A DNA stretch of 16,545 nucleotides from a bacterium (GTDB lineage Bacteria > Hinthialibacterota > Hinthialibacteria > Hinthialibacterales > Hinthialibacteraceae): assembly GCA_963663405.2 (NCBI GenBank), contig CAXXSM010000126.1:1-16545 (forward strand), given 5' to 3'. Shown here piece after piece: positions 15,510-16,545 of the stretch. The stretch's first letter is position 1. Each line of letters opens with the position of its first letter. The position numbers and the translations under genes are program-made. The notes under the pieces were generated by a model that searched no databases, was not told the DNA's origin, and was given only the letters and a program-made list of their open reading frames with translations.

Positions 15510-16544
15510 TTACAACGAAGCCAGCCGATTCGCCAGCCAAGATTCCGCCAACGCCACAATTAAACATAAAAACAATACCGCCATGCGGAGATCGGTTCCC
15601 CCTTTCATCGCCGAAATCGCTTCCCGCATCGTTTCCAGTTCCGCAAACCGAATTCCATAGCGTTCGGTTAGAATCGCCTTCTCCTCTTCGGTCAAAAGAG
15701 TTAGGTCAGATTCGTCCCGGACGGAAGGCGGATGGACATCGTACGCCTCGTCTGAACGGATCACTTCTTTCGCGGTTTCCCATAAAAAGACCGGAAACAA
15801 GGGAGAAAGCAAGATCTCCGCCTCAGGAGACAATGAAGTATTCACAATCCAAACGCGTCCTTCTCCCAAACGAATTTCCGCGATCAGATGAGCCGTCCGC
15901 TCTCCAATCGAATAGGTAACCACTCCGCGTCCCGGAACGCCTTCCAACGCCCCGTGTTCCGATGGAATCCACGTGTTCCACATCAATGGATCCCACTCGG
16001 CCAAGGCTTGCCCTAACAAACCGGAATTGGCCACATGAACCGCCCCAGGGATAGCGTTTTCATCCACCGTTTCCCACTGGGACCAGCCCAATTCCTGCAG
16101 AAACGCGCCCCATGCGCCTTGTCTCTGTTCTGCCGAACCCGTGAAAACGATGGCGGATCCCCCGTTTTTGATCGCATCCATCATCCAAGACGTCTCCGCC
16201 GGTGACCACCAGGGAGAAAGGCGGGGTGAGAGAATCGCCAGAGCGGGACTATCAGGGAGATTCATCTCCGATGGAAACACATAAACCGGCCGGACCGGCG
16301 CCGCTGCGGATTCCCCCGCCAGTGGATCGATAACCGCTCGCAATGCGGATAACTCTGGATACTCGTCACGTGGATCGCAAAACAGGGCAAAGGTAAACGA
16401 TTTCAAACATGGGATGGTGACCGTCATCTCATTATCCAGAGGAAGGGGATCCTCCGGCTCCACCCGGATGGATAAAGAGATTTCCGCTTGCTCTGGTGAA
16501 TCTGTAACTTTCCAATCAGAATATTGACCGGAATACAAAAATGG
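15510..16544 (-). CDS. 3' part of a probable BatA/VWA-type membrane protein (5' end outside the window)
   Basis: The frame stays open to the window edge. DPLPLDN motif, GGxAIVF and GEGRVWIVNTSL...SPLFPVF (glutamine-amidotransferase-like alpha/beta segment), ESDLTLL, and a C-terminal hydrophobic helix LRMAVLFLCLIVALAESWLANR are recalled as typical of the C-termini of BatA/VWA-domain proteins. The diagnostic N-terminal domains are not visible. Confidence 0.6.
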   Translation of the reverse strand, partial: PFLYSGQYSDWKVTDSPEQAEISLSIRVEPEDPLPLDNEMTVTIPCLKSFTFALFCDPRDEYPELSALRAVIDPLAGESAAAPVRPVYVFPSEMNLPDSPALAILSPRLSPWWSPAETSWMMDAIKNGGSAIVFTGSAEQRQGAWGAFLQELGWSQWETVDENAIPGAVHVANSGLLGQALAEWDPLMWNTWIPSEHGALEGVPGRGVVTYSIGERTAHLIAEIRLGEGRVWIVNTSLSPEAEILLSPLFPVFLWETAKEVIRSDEAYDVHPPSVRDESDLTLLTEEEKAILTERYGIRFAELETMREAISAMKGGTDLRMAVLFLCLIVALAESWLANRLASL

Positions 16545-16545
16545 A

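Noticed and set aside
2081-15660. Numerous short alternative-frame and antisense ORFs (e.g. 4777-5415, 10996-11631, 13132-13587), some resembling each other
   Set aside because: All lie within the long genes. Their mutual similarity follows from the paralogous DNA, and their starts and stops are not conserved between copies.

Overview
The window is dominated by a ~13.6-kb head-to-tail array of five paralogous genes (1937-15500, + strand). Each encodes a predicted lipoprotein with the same architecture: signal peptide/lipobox Cys, a glycoside-hydrolase-like five-bladed beta-propeller, a small beta-rich domain, 8-9 TPRs and a helical TPR-capping domain. The enzyme-like halves are highly similar and show patchy DNA-level homogenisation. 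A fixed-length 22-aa propeller loop and the helix-A faces of the TPRs differ in every copy, suggesting a diversified recognition-plus-hydrolase family. Copy 4 is split by one extra G. Upstream is a class I SAM methyltransferase whose long acidic 26-aa-repeat tail is broken by about four +1 frameshifts, probably sequence errors. Downstream, convergent, is the 3' part of a probable BatA/VWA-type membrane protein gene. No RNA genes, mobile elements, CRISPR array or reverse transcriptase were seen. Family calls come from motif recognition, not database searches.
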